In this document: piece by piece, positions 1 through 9,300 of the stretch | Position numbering within the stretch: the first letter of the stretch is position 1 | Layout: every line of letters starts with the position of its first letter | Assembly (NCBI GenBank): GCA_029564175.1 | Contig: JAKQQL010000066.1 | Location: forward strand, 1-43,186 | Length of the DNA: 43,186 nt | From: Candidatus Cloacimonadota bacterium | GTDB lineage: Bacteria > Cloacimonadota > Cloacimonadia > Cloacimonadales > WRIO01 | Direction of reading: 5' to 3' | Program-made: the position numbers and the translations under genes | Notes under the pieces: generated by a model | Database searches by the model: none | What the model saw: the letters and a program-made list of their open reading frames with translations, nothing else | What the model was told of the DNA's origin: nothing

Positions 1-177
1 CTGGATTATACGATCTGGCCTGTTTTACTGGCAGTACTCTGTTATCTTTGGAAAGACCAGGCGAGCCGGATAAAATCCATTGAATCAAAATTTAACAAAA
101 TCGAAAAAGAACTTGTTCGCATTTCAACGCTGGTTGAATCCTATATTTCAAATAAAATACATGAAAAGCCTGGCTAA
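1..177 (+). CDS. 3' part of a small membrane protein (one TM helix plus coiled coil); runs off the window start
   Basis: Frame 1 is open from base 1 to TAA at 175-177: LDYTIWPVLLAVLCYLWKDQASRIKSIESKFNKIEKELVRISTLVESYISNKIHEKPG. Not in the ORF track. It converges on the hairpin at 176-204. Confidence 0.6.
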   Translation: MDYTIWPVLLAVLCYLWKDQASRIKSIESKFNKIEKELVRISTLVESYISNKIHEKPG

Positions 178-204
178 AAAAAAGGATGGAATTGCTTCCA
201 TCCT
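176..204 (-). terminator. Intrinsic terminator of rlpA (possibly bidirectional)
   Basis: Minus strand reads AGGATGGAA-GCAA-TTCCATCCT followed by a T tract; GNRA loop. Confidence 0.8.
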
Positions 205-232
205 AACCATAATATCGAACGAATGTTGTTAT

Positions 233-709
233 TTACCTTTGAACGACAGATTCTTTCAATACTTCCACTTTTAGTTTTTTTACGCCATCCTTAAGGATAC
301 CCAGTTCTTTTGCTGCAAACCATGAAATATCCAGGTCTCTTCCTCTTCTGAAGGGACCTCTGTCATTTACACGGACGAGAACTGTTTTGCCGTTATCTTC
401 GTTGGTAATGCGTAATAAAGTATTGAAAGGCAGTTTTTTGTGTGCAGCAGTGTACGCCTCGTTAGCATGAGATTCGCCATTAGCAGTATTTCTGGAATGA
501 AATCTTTTGGAGTAATAGGATGTTACTGCATAAAAAACTCTTTCAACCAAATTTGGATTAGACCCTGGGGTAAATATCTCCAACGAGTCTGAAAGAGCCA
601 TTTCAGGAGAAATCTCAAGGGCAACATTTTGTTTTAAATCAACCGACTGACCGCCTAAACCAAGGAGAAGGGGCTGAATTAAACCAATTATTAGCCATTT
701 TTTCTTCAT
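233..709 (-). CDS. rlpA: RlpA-family lytic transglycosylase (DPBB domain)
   Basis: SYY..RFHSRNTANGE, YTAAHKKLPFNT, VRVNDRGPF and DLDIS..AA..LG motifs; N-terminal signal or anchor without a lipobox Cys. Confidence 0.9.
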   Translation of the reverse strand: MKKKWLIIGLIQPLLLGLGGQSVDLKQNVALEISPEMALSDSLEIFTPGSNPNLVERVFYAVTSYYSKRFHSRNTANGESHANEAYTAAHKKLPFNTLLRITNEDNGKTVLVRVNDRGPFRRGRDLDISWFAAKELGILKDGVKKLKVEVLKESVVQR

Positions 710-744
710 AAGTCACACTTTCCCACTATATTTTTCTGAGATTC

Positions 745-773
745 AAGGTACAATTTCTGATCGGATTTGTCAA
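745..773 (-). promoter_or_regulatory. Putative sigma70 promoter of rlpA
   Basis: Minus strand TTGACA-17 nt-TACCTT. Confidence 0.5.
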
Positions 774-875
774 CAAAAAAATGACATCGTGTCTAAGAAA
801 ATATCAAAAATAGGCTAAAAAGGGCGTTTTTTCAGTCAAAAAAAAGAGGTTTTTTAAAAAAAAGTAAAAAAAATC

Positions 876-904
876 TTGACAGTATTGAACTTTTCATAAA
901 AATT
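876..904 (+). promoter_or_regulatory. Putative sigma70 promoter of the rnf operon
   Basis: TTGACA at 876-881, preceded by A/T tracts (UP-like); weak AT-rich -10 around 897-904. Confidence 0.45.
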
Positions 905-941
905 GTACGAAAATGATGAAATTCTAAAATGGGGAGCTAAT

Positions 942-2270
942 ATGGGATTAAAAAGCTTTAGTGGTGGTGTCCATCCTCACGATTTTAAAGCGTATTCAAA
1001 AGATGCGCCAATTGAAGAGATGGCTATACCCAAAAAAGTCATTATACCGCTTTCACAGCACATTGGCGCACCTGCCAATCCGGTTGTTAAAGTGGGTGAC
1101 AGAGTTCAAACAGGACAGTTAATCGCCGAATCATCTGCTTTTGTTTCACTTTCAATGCATTCAAGCGTAACGGGGAAGGTTACCAAGATTGACATGTTTC
1201 CACACCCAGGCGGATTTCAGTCAATGGCGATTGAGATTGAAACAGAACAGACGGATGAATGGGTTGATTTAACTGACAATGAGCATTATTTGGATTTGTC
1301 TGTTGATGAAATGAAGACTCGCATCGCAAATGCGGGTGTTTGCGGTATGGGTGGCGCTGGTTTTCCGACTCATGTCAAATTATCTCCTCCGGCTGATAAA
1401 CCGATTGATACAGTCATTCTGAATGGGGTAGAGTGTGAACCCTACCTGACCGCAGATTATCGGGTCATGCTGGAAAAAACACAGGAGATTATCGAAGGTC
1501 TGAAGATTCTTATGAAAGTCGTTGGCGCATCACAAGGCTTTATTGGGATAGAAGCCAACAAACCGGATGCGATTCAAAAAATGACTGAGTTTGTTAAAAA
1601 TGAATCCAATATTTCAGTCGTAGGTTTACATTTAAAATACCCTCAAGGTGCTGAAAAACAGCTGATTTATGCCTGCACAAAACGTAAAGTGCCTAACAAA
1701 GGCGGTTTACCTAGTGCGGTAAAAGTGGTCGTACAGAATGTCGGGACTGCTATTGCCGTTTATGAAGCGGTTCGCTATAAAAAACCATTGATTGACCGCG
1801 TATTGACAATAACCGGTAAGATTGTCAAATCACCTAAAAATCTAAAAGCCAGACTGGGAACTCCATTTTCAGAACTGGTGGATAAATGTGGCGGGACAAC
1901 TGAAGACGTAGCAAAAATAATCTCCGGTGGTCCAATGATGGGTTTTGCAATTCCAGGGCTTGAAGCGCCGGTTACTAAAACCTCCTCTGGCGTCATACTG
2001 CTCAATAAAAAAGAGGCTGCCAGCCAACAGGAACATACCTGCTTGCGCTGTGGTCGTTGTGTTGATGTTTGTCCATTAGATTTATCTCCAAGTTTTATCG
2101 CATCTGCCGTTAAATATGAGGATTGGACAATGGCTGAGAAAGCGGGTGCCATGGATTGCATGAAATGTGGTTCCTGTGCTTATGTCTGTCCTGCTCATAT
2201 CAAGATTATTCAATGGGTTGATTTAGGCAAAAATAAAATTAGTGCAATGCGCCGTGCAGCAAAATCTTAA
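942..2270 (+). CDS. rnfC: Rnf electron transport complex subunit C
   Basis: F.GGVHP, QHIGAPA, GMGGAGFPTHVK, NGVECEPYLTAD, YPQGAEKQL and two CxxCxxCxxxCP clusters. Start moved to ATG 942 behind SD GGGGAG at 931-936. Confidence 0.96.
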   Translation: MGLKSFSGGVHPHDFKAYSKDAPIEEMAIPKKVIIPLSQHIGAPANPVVKVGDRVQTGQLIAESSAFVSLSMHSSVTGKVTKIDMFPHPGGFQSMAIEIETEQTDEWVDLTDNEHYLDLSVDEMKTRIANAGVCGMGGAGFPTHVKLSPPADKPIDTVILNGVECEPYLTADYRVMLEKTQEIIEGLKILMKVVGASQGFIGIEANKPDAIQKMTEFVKNESNISVVGLHLKYPQGAEKQLIYACTKRKVPNKGGLPSAVKVVVQNVGTAIAVYEAVRYKKPLIDRVLTITGKIVKSPKNLKARLGTPFSELVDKCGGTTEDVAKIISGGPMMGFAIPGLEAPVTKTSSGVILLNKKEAASQQEHTCLRCGRCVDVCPLDLSPSFIASAVKYEDWTMAEKAGAMDCMKCGSCAYVCPAHIKIIQWVDLGKNKISAMRRAAKS

Positions 2271-2282
2271 CAGAGGTAAATA

Positions 2283-3347
2283 ATGGAAAATAAAATAATC
2301 GTTAGCAGTTCTCCTCATCTGCATGATCGCTCGAGTGTTAAATATGTCATGTGGAATGTCGTTATTGCTTTATTACCTGCCTTAATCGCAGGAATTATAC
2401 ATTTTGGGTATAAAGCCCTTACTATTACGATATATAGTGCAGTCGCTGCTGTTGTTACAGAAGCGCTGATTCAGAAATTCAGAAAAAAAGAAATCACTGT
2501 AAATGACGGGTCTGCCGTATTAACTGGTATGTTAGTTGCTTTTAATATTCATGCTGATTCACCCTGGTGGTTAGGTGTTGTTGGCTCTATTTTTGCCATT
2601 TCTATTGGTAAACATGTATTTGGCGGACTTGGATTTAACATTGTCAACCCTGCACTGCTGGGACGTGCTTTCTTACTGGCTTCTTGGCCTACTCTGGTTA
2701 CTTCTGGCTGGGTACCTTCTAATTTGGGTAATACCAGTGGTTTGAATATTCAAAATCTGCCGGCTCAGGCTCAACAATTAGTAACTTCAGCTACTCCGCT
2801 AGGCGTTGCCAAAATGATGCGGAATGCGGATATTGTTAACACGATTGGGGTAGATAATGCACACAATGTGTTCTCTCATTTAACTGATTATTCAACCCTG
2901 ATGAATCTCTTCTGGGGGAATATTGGCGGTTGTATTGGTGAAGTTTCGGCTTTTGCACTGTTGATTGGTGCTTTATATTTACTGATGCTTCATATCATCG
3001 AATGGCGTATCCCTGTTTTTTATATCGGAACAGTTTTTGTACTGACTTATATATTTGGTGGTCTGGATGGTATCTTCTCAGCTACGATCGCTTTACCACT
3101 CTTTCATATTTTAGCGGGTGGTTTATTCTTAGGGGCATTCTTTATGGCAACCGATATGGTTACATCGCCGGTTACGAAGAAAGGCAGAATCATTTTCGGT
3201 ATTGGTGCAGGAATCATCTGTGTGGTAATACGCTTAATTGGCGGTTATCCAGAAGGCGTCTCCTACTCCATTCTGATTATGAACTTATTTGTCCCGCTGA
3301 TTGATCGATATACCATGCCACGCGCATTTGGGGAGGTGAAAGCATGA
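2283..3347 (+). CDS. rnfD: Rnf complex subunit D
   Basis: SSSPH, FGGLGFNIVNPAL, FMN-attachment motif TSATPL, GGCIGEVS and FFMATDMVTSP. Confidence 0.96.
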   Translation: MENKIIVSSSPHLHDRSSVKYVMWNVVIALLPALIAGIIHFGYKALTITIYSAVAAVVTEALIQKFRKKEITVNDGSAVLTGMLVAFNIHADSPWWLGVVGSIFAISIGKHVFGGLGFNIVNPALLGRAFLLASWPTLVTSGWVPSNLGNTSGLNIQNLPAQAQQLVTSATPLGVAKMMRNADIVNTIGVDNAHNVFSHLTDYSTLMNLFWGNIGGCIGEVSAFALLIGALYLLMLHIIEWRIPVFYIGTVFVLTYIFGGLDGIFSATIALPLFHILAGGLFLGAFFMATDMVTSPVTKKGRIIFGIGAGIICVVIRLIGGYPEGVSYSILIMNLFVPLIDRYTMPRAFGEVKA

Positions 3348-3952
3348 AAGTATTTATACATTATGCCCTTGTATTGTTGATCATTACTGGTTTAGCCTGT
3401 GGAATCCTGGCAATGGTTAACAAACAAACCAAACCGGTCATTGAAAAAAATCAGGCAGAAAGTGAAAACAATGCCAGAAGTCAGGTGATTGAAGGCGCTG
3501 TCGATTTTGAGAAACAAAGTCTGAAAATCAATGAAACCAAAAGTCTTGATTATTATATCGCTAAAGATGCTCAGGCAAACGTTTTAGGTTATACTTTTAT
3601 TGCTATTGGAAAAGGCTATAGCGGTGAATTAAAAACCATGGTGGGTGTTGATCCAGATTTTAAAATCAAAAAAATTCTGGTGATTCAACAGACAGAAACC
3701 CCTGGTCTTGGTGCGAACTGTACCAAACCTGAATTCAACGAAAAATTTGCAAATTTAACATTTAATGACCTGAAAGTGGATAAAGATGGTGGTAATATCA
3801 AAAGTATATCTGGAGCGACAATTACAACCCGTGCAATTACGAATTCAATCAAAGAAACGCTTGATATGCTTCAGAAGAATCTAAATCAGTCGGTTAAACC
3901 CGTTCAGAATGTTCAGGATACATTAAGTGTACAACAGGGGGTAGAAATATGA
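3344..3952 (+). CDS. rnfG: Rnf complex subunit G
   Basis: N-terminal TM helix, GYSG, ETPGLG and FMN motif SGATITT; operon position. Confidence 0.95.
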   Translation: MKVFIHYALVLLIITGLACGILAMVNKQTKPVIEKNQAESENNARSQVIEGAVDFEKQSLKINETKSLDYYIAKDAQANVLGYTFIAIGKGYSGELKTMVGVDPDFKIKKILVIQQTETPGLGANCTKPEFNEKFANLTFNDLKVDKDGGNIKSISGATITTRAITNSIKETLDMLQKNLNQSVKPVQNVQDTLSVQQGVEI

Positions 3953-4545
3953 GTGCAATGAAAGAACTTACAAAAGGTCTGATTAAAGAAAATCCGATAT
4001 TTGTACTGGTATTGGGAATGTGCCCTACACTTGCCGTTACTTCTTCTGTGATAAATGGATTGGGAATGGGATTGGCAGCAACCTTTGTATTGGTCTGTTC
4101 CAATATTTTGATTTCCATGATTAAAGATCTGATACCATCCAAAATCAGAATCCCTTGTTACATTGTGGTCATTGCGTCATTTGTGACAATTATAGATATG
4201 GTAATGGCTGCTTATGCTGCTGATCTGCATAAAAGTTTGGGCATCTTTATCCCTTTGATAGTCGTAAATTGTATTATATTAGGTCGTGCTGAAGCATTTG
4301 CTTCAAAAAATGGTGTTCTTCATTCTGCGCTTGATGGAGTCGGTATGGGGCTTGGTTTTACTCTGGCACTGGTTGTTATTGCTGGTATTCGTGAAGTACT
4401 GGGTGCAGGTCAGTTTTTAGGCATGAATGTCATGCCTTCCGCTTACTTAAAACAACCCATGCTGGTCGCTATTTTAGCGCCAGGCGCATTTGTTACGCTT
4501 GGCTTACTGATGGCTTTGATGAACCTGGTTAAGAACAAGAAATAG
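3949..4545 (+). CDS. rnfE: Rnf complex subunit E
   Basis: ENP..VLVLGMCPTLAVT, RIP..IVVIASFVT and LIVVNCIILGRAEAFASK. Confidence 0.96.
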   Translation: MSAMKELTKGLIKENPIFVLVLGMCPTLAVTSSVINGLGMGLAATFVLVCSNILISMIKDLIPSKIRIPCYIVVIASFVTIIDMVMAAYAADLHKSLGIFIPLIVVNCIILGRAEAFASKNGVLHSALDGVGMGLGFTLALVVIAGIREVLGAGQFLGMNVMPSAYLKQPMLVAILAPGAFVTLGLLMALMNLVKNKK

Positions 4546-4563
4546 CCGGAACAGGAGTAAAAA

Positions 4564-5154
4564 ATGGAATTTATATCAAAAATTATCATTATGGCTGTAT
4601 CAGCTATTTTTATCAATAATTTTGTCCTTTCCAGATTTCTGGGATTATGCCCTTATCTGGGTGTCTCCAAAAAGCTGGATTCTGCCTTTGGTATGGGGAT
4701 GGCCGTTATATTTGTCATGTCTCTGGCATCTGCCTTTACCTGGATTATCAATCAATATATTCTAATTCCTGCCGGGATCGAATATCTGAGAACAATTGCA
4801 TTTATTTTAACAATTGCATCATTGGTTCAGTTTGTTGAAATGTTTATTCAAAAATCAGCACCAGCACTCTATAAATCATTAGGGGTTTATTTACCTCTGA
4901 TTACTACAAACTGTGCGGTTTTGGGTGTTGCTGTCATTAACATTGGTGATAAGCTAAACTTTATTGAAAGTATTCTCAATGGATTTTTCGGTGGTCTTGG
5001 TTTTACTGTCGTTTTATTAATGATGGCAGGCATCAGAGAACGACTTGAAAAAGCAGAAGTTCCAGAGAGTATGCAGGGGATGCCGATCGCCTTAATCATC
5101 GCAGGATGTATGGCTCTGGCTTTTCTGGGATTTTCCGGATTGAAATTAGGTTAA
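4564..5154 (+). CDS. rnfA: Rnf complex subunit A
   Basis: NNFVLSRFLGLCPYLGVS, LPLITTNCAVLG and AGIRERL. Confidence 0.96.
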   Translation: MEFISKIIIMAVSAIFINNFVLSRFLGLCPYLGVSKKLDSAFGMGMAVIFVMSLASAFTWIINQYILIPAGIEYLRTIAFILTIASLVQFVEMFIQKSAPALYKSLGVYLPLITTNCAVLGVAVINIGDKLNFIESILNGFFGGLGFTVVLLMMAGIRERLEKAEVPESMQGMPIALIIAGCMALAFLGFSGLKLG

Positions 5155-5164
5155 AGGAGAGGTT

Positions 5165-6151
5165 ATGACGATAATACTTATACCTGCATTATTAATTGGT
5201 GCTCTGGCAGCTGTATTCGGATTGGTATTAGCCTTTGCTTCCAAAAAATTTCATGTGGATGTTGATCCGAAAATAGAACAGATTATTGAAGTTTTACCCA
5301 GTGCAAACTGTGGTGCCTGTGCTTTCTCTGGATGTGCCGGTTATGCGGAAGCAATCGTTCAAAAAGGGGCTGATATTACCATGTGTGCCCCAGGTGGCGC
5401 TGATGTAGCAAAAAAGATTGCTGAAATTATGGGTGTGAAAGCCTCTAGCAAAGAAAGAAATATCGCTGTCATTCATTGTCAGTCAGGTGGATATAATAAT
5501 ACCTTTTTCCGTTATGAGTATAAGGGTATTGAAACGTGTAAGGCTGCTGCTGTATTGGCTGGCGGACCTAATCTCTGTAACTGGGGATGTGTTTTTCAGA
5601 ATGACTGCGTGAAAGCCTGTAAATTTGATGCGATAATTGTCAATGAAGAAGGATTACGTGTGGTGCTTGAAGATAAATGTACCGGATGTGGTGCTTGTAT
5701 GCGTGCTTGTCCGAGAAGTTTGATTGAGATGGTACCTGTCAGCAAGAAGGTACATGTCTTATGCGCCTCCCGTGATAAAGGCCCGATTGCGAAAAAGGCA
5801 TGTGGCAATAGCACTGCTTGTATTGGTTGCGGTATTTGCTCTAAAAAGTGCCCTGTTCAGGCAATCACTATTGTTAATAATCTGGCCATCATTGATTATA
5901 CAAAATGTATCAATTGCGGAATTTGTGCTCAAGCTTGCCCGACTAAGGCTATTTTTGACAGAAAACAACCTCGTAAGAAAGCCTTTATTCAGGAAGATTT
6001 GTGTATCGGATGTACAATCTGTGCAAAAAAATGCCCTGTTCAGGCAATTTCCGGCGAATTAAAGCAAGCTCACAAAGTGGATGCAGATAAATGTGTCGGA
6101 TGCGAAGTTTGCGTTGAGAAATGCCCTAAAAAAGCAATTATCATGAAATAA
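5165..6151 (+). CDS. rnfB: Rnf complex subunit B (long polyferredoxin form)
   Basis: N-terminal TM helix, LPSANCGACAFSGC..CAPGG Fe-S domain, then multiple CxxCxxCxxxC motifs. Confidence 0.95.
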   Translation: MTIILIPALLIGALAAVFGLVLAFASKKFHVDVDPKIEQIIEVLPSANCGACAFSGCAGYAEAIVQKGADITMCAPGGADVAKKIAEIMGVKASSKERNIAVIHCQSGGYNNTFFRYEYKGIETCKAAAVLAGGPNLCNWGCVFQNDCVKACKFDAIIVNEEGLRVVLEDKCTGCGACMRACPRSLIEMVPVSKKVHVLCASRDKGPIAKKACGNSTACIGCGICSKKCPVQAITIVNNLAIIDYTKCINCGICAQACPTKAIFDRKQPRKKAFIQEDLCIGCTICAKKCPVQAISGELKQAHKVDADKCVGCEVCVEKCPKKAIIMK

Positions 6152-6165
6152 AAGCAATAATTTTT

Positions 6166-6206
6166 ATTAGCCAGTCCTTTTAAAATAGGTCTGGCTAATT
6201 CTTTTT
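6166..6206 (+). terminator. Intrinsic terminator after rnfB
   Basis: ATTAGCCAG (6166-6174) pairs with CTGGCTAAT (6191-6199), followed by TCTTTTT. Confidence 0.7.
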
Positions 6207-6354
6207 AAAAATAGCCAGAATTACTTTGACAAAATATAAAAAACATAATATTTTGAAATAGGAAGAATAATATCAGTTATATAATTTGTAGTATGTCTGT
6301 AATCATAAAAATTACAGCATAGAAAAATATAATTAGATAACTTGTGGAGGAATT

Positions 6355-9300
6355 ATGAAAAAAAGCTTTTTGTTTATCATCCTAAGTATTATCATTGCAT
6401 CTTTAAACGCTTATCAAACCAGGATATTAAGCGAAACCCCTCAGCAGATTCAGTTTGTTGTAAAGATGGATAGTCTCAGAATTGATACAAGTAATGAGTT
6501 TACTTTTTTTAATCAAACTGGGATGATGCTTCACCCTGACCAGCCCGGTAATCCGGATTTACCATATATTTTGTATCAGCTTGCAGTGCCAGAAGATGGT
6601 ACTATCTCTGTTTCAATTAAAGAACTTAATTCTGATAAATTGAAATTAACAAAGGAAATCAGGCCTGTTCCTAGATATGAATACAATACAGAAGATCGAC
6701 TTGCCCCAGTTTATGAAATTGAAAAGAAGGCATACCAGAATTATCATCAGTTATCGTTTGAAACAGAAGGTGCATATAATTACAGAGAATACAGATTAGT
6801 ACCCGTTAAACTATTCCCATTACAGTATTCTTTAAACACAAAGACATTGCATATTTTAAAGGAAATGCTTGTTACTGTTCAGATTAATGGCTCAGTAAAT
6901 CAAAAACAAAGCCCAAAAAGTAATTGGGATACATTCTATTCGTCGCTGATTTTAAATTGGAAAACTGGCCAGAATTTTGTACGTTCTGTGGGAAAAAGTA
7001 CTGTAAACTACAGCCCTTTTTCAGAATCGGCTTATTGGTATTCTTTTGAGATCAATACTGATGGTATATATCGGATTAATGCATCACAGATAAGTGGTGT
7101 TTCACTCGGTGATATAGACCCTGACAAGCTTCGGATATTCTCAACGGGTGGCGCTTCAATGTCCTCTTATCCTTCTCATCAGGGATATCCCTTTGAAGAA
7201 ATACCCATTCGGGTTGTGGGAGGAGAAGATGGTAGTTTTGACAGTGGGGACTATATTTTACTTTATGCACGTGATCGAGATGGATTTGGGATGAACACAG
7301 AATTTTCTTATGACAGAATTAATAAAGGGGATTTTTACTATTATAATCCATATTCAGGTCAAAATAAATACTGGCTTACCTGGGGAGAATTTGATGCCCC
7401 TGCAAAAAGAATTCAGACTCAATCTGCTGTGAATTCAGTTGATGAAACTCAAAATTCAGTTTTATTCAAACAACATATAGAGAGTGAAAGAGCTCGTATG
7501 AATGAGAAAAATGAATGGTATTATGCCTGGTACAGTCAAAAAATGGAAGGCAAGGATAATGCCAGCTATTTGTTTAGTTTTAATGTAGATGATTTGGATT
7601 TATCAAAACCTAAAAGCTTAAACACATATCTGAAAACAGAATTGTCTGCAAGTTCCAATGTAAATTATAAAGTAAATCTTTCATTAAATGATGTTTTTTT
7701 TAAAACACATACATGGACAACAGCTGGTTTACAAAATATAAATTCAAGTATTTCAAATCTGATTGAAGGACAGAACAAATTACAAATTGATGTGATTCGA
7801 ACAGTATGGTCAGATTTATATCTGGATTTTTATGATGTGATTTATTATAAAAAACTCATAAAAAGAAATCAGATGTATCATTTTGTCTTAAACAAAGATG
7901 AACTGACAAAACAGGTTAAGTACCAGTTTTTAAATAAACCGGCTGAAGATGTTATGGTTTTTAGGGTGAGTGCTTTTAATCAAGTCGCTCTCATTAATCC
8001 TGAATATCAGTCTTCTACTTTTTCTTTTAATACAGTAGCATCAGCGAATGATGAATTTTTTGTGATTCAAGAGGCGGATATAAAGCCTGTTAGTAGTATT
8101 CAACAGGAAATTGTTAAAGATTTGAGCAGTGATAACAGCCAGGTGGATTATGTAATTGTATGTCCAAAATCACTGGAGTCCTCTGCTGAAGAGTTAAAAC
8201 AGATTTATGAGCAATATCATCAGGTCAATGTCAGAGTGGTTACTCAGGAAGATATCATGAATCAGTTTAACGGAGGTAATGAAGATCCTATCGCTATTCG
8301 TAACTATTTAAAATATGTGTACCAGAATAGTCCTGAACCCAAAATAAAAGGCTTAACTTTGTTTGGCGCAGGGACTATTGACTGGAGAAATTATTCTGGA
8401 ATGGCCAATGCTAAAAAAATGATCATGAACTTGTTTATATACTCTGAGTCCAACACAGGTGGAACATTTGCCACTAGAACCAGTTCAGATCAATATTTTA
8501 GTTATCTCAATACGACTAAAAGTCCTGAACTAACAACTGGCAGAATCCCCGTTACTTCAAACAGTGACTGGCAAATCTATAAAAACAAACTGATTTCCTA
8601 TTATGAAAACAAACATGGTCAATGGACTAATAAGGCCTTAATGCTGGCAGATGACTATATTTACAGAACGATCATCACTGATACCGGTCACACAATAAAT
8701 GTGTCGAATATTGCCGCTTCTTTGCATCCTTCTGTGTCTAAAGATTTGATTTATGCACAAGAGTTTCCGATTAATGAGTTTAAGAAAAAACCAGAAGTGA
8801 ATGATCTTTATGTGTCCAAAATCAATCAAGGAGCCTTATTTGCGATTTATATGGGACATGGTGATCCTGTTACCATTGGTGATGAGAATTATCTGAGAGT
8901 AGAAGATATGTCTCGTCTGAACAATTTGAAAAACATGCCAGTTCTCTTTTTAGGCTCATGTAGTTCAGGTCGTACTGACAACCCTAACATAAAAAGTATT
9001 TCAGAATATATGATGATGAATCCGACAGGGGGATCTATTGCCAGTATTGCTGGTATGAGAGATACTTATGGTGGTGCTAATGAATTGTTAATAACCAATA
9101 TTCTGAATGGCTCTTTCAATCAACGTCTGTTACTCGGCGAAAGTTTTTTGCTGGCCTGCCAGAACCCATTATTAACTGAATTTAATACATTTACTTATCA
9201 ATTGTTAGGGGATCCTTTGTTACCCGCAATTCCTCCTGAAAGGCTTAGTCAAATTACTTTATCTGCTGATACAACTGCAAGTGATATGAGCTTCCAGGCA

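Noticed and set aside
80..274. 64-aa plus-strand ORF from the track
   Set aside because: It has a TTG start without an SD, runs through a terminator and overlaps rlpA. Frame 1 (1-177) is the better candidate.
883..900. Possible Rex operator upstream of rnf (TGAA-ctt-TTCA)
   Set aside because: The spacing and flanks do not fit TTGTGAA-N4-TTCACAA.
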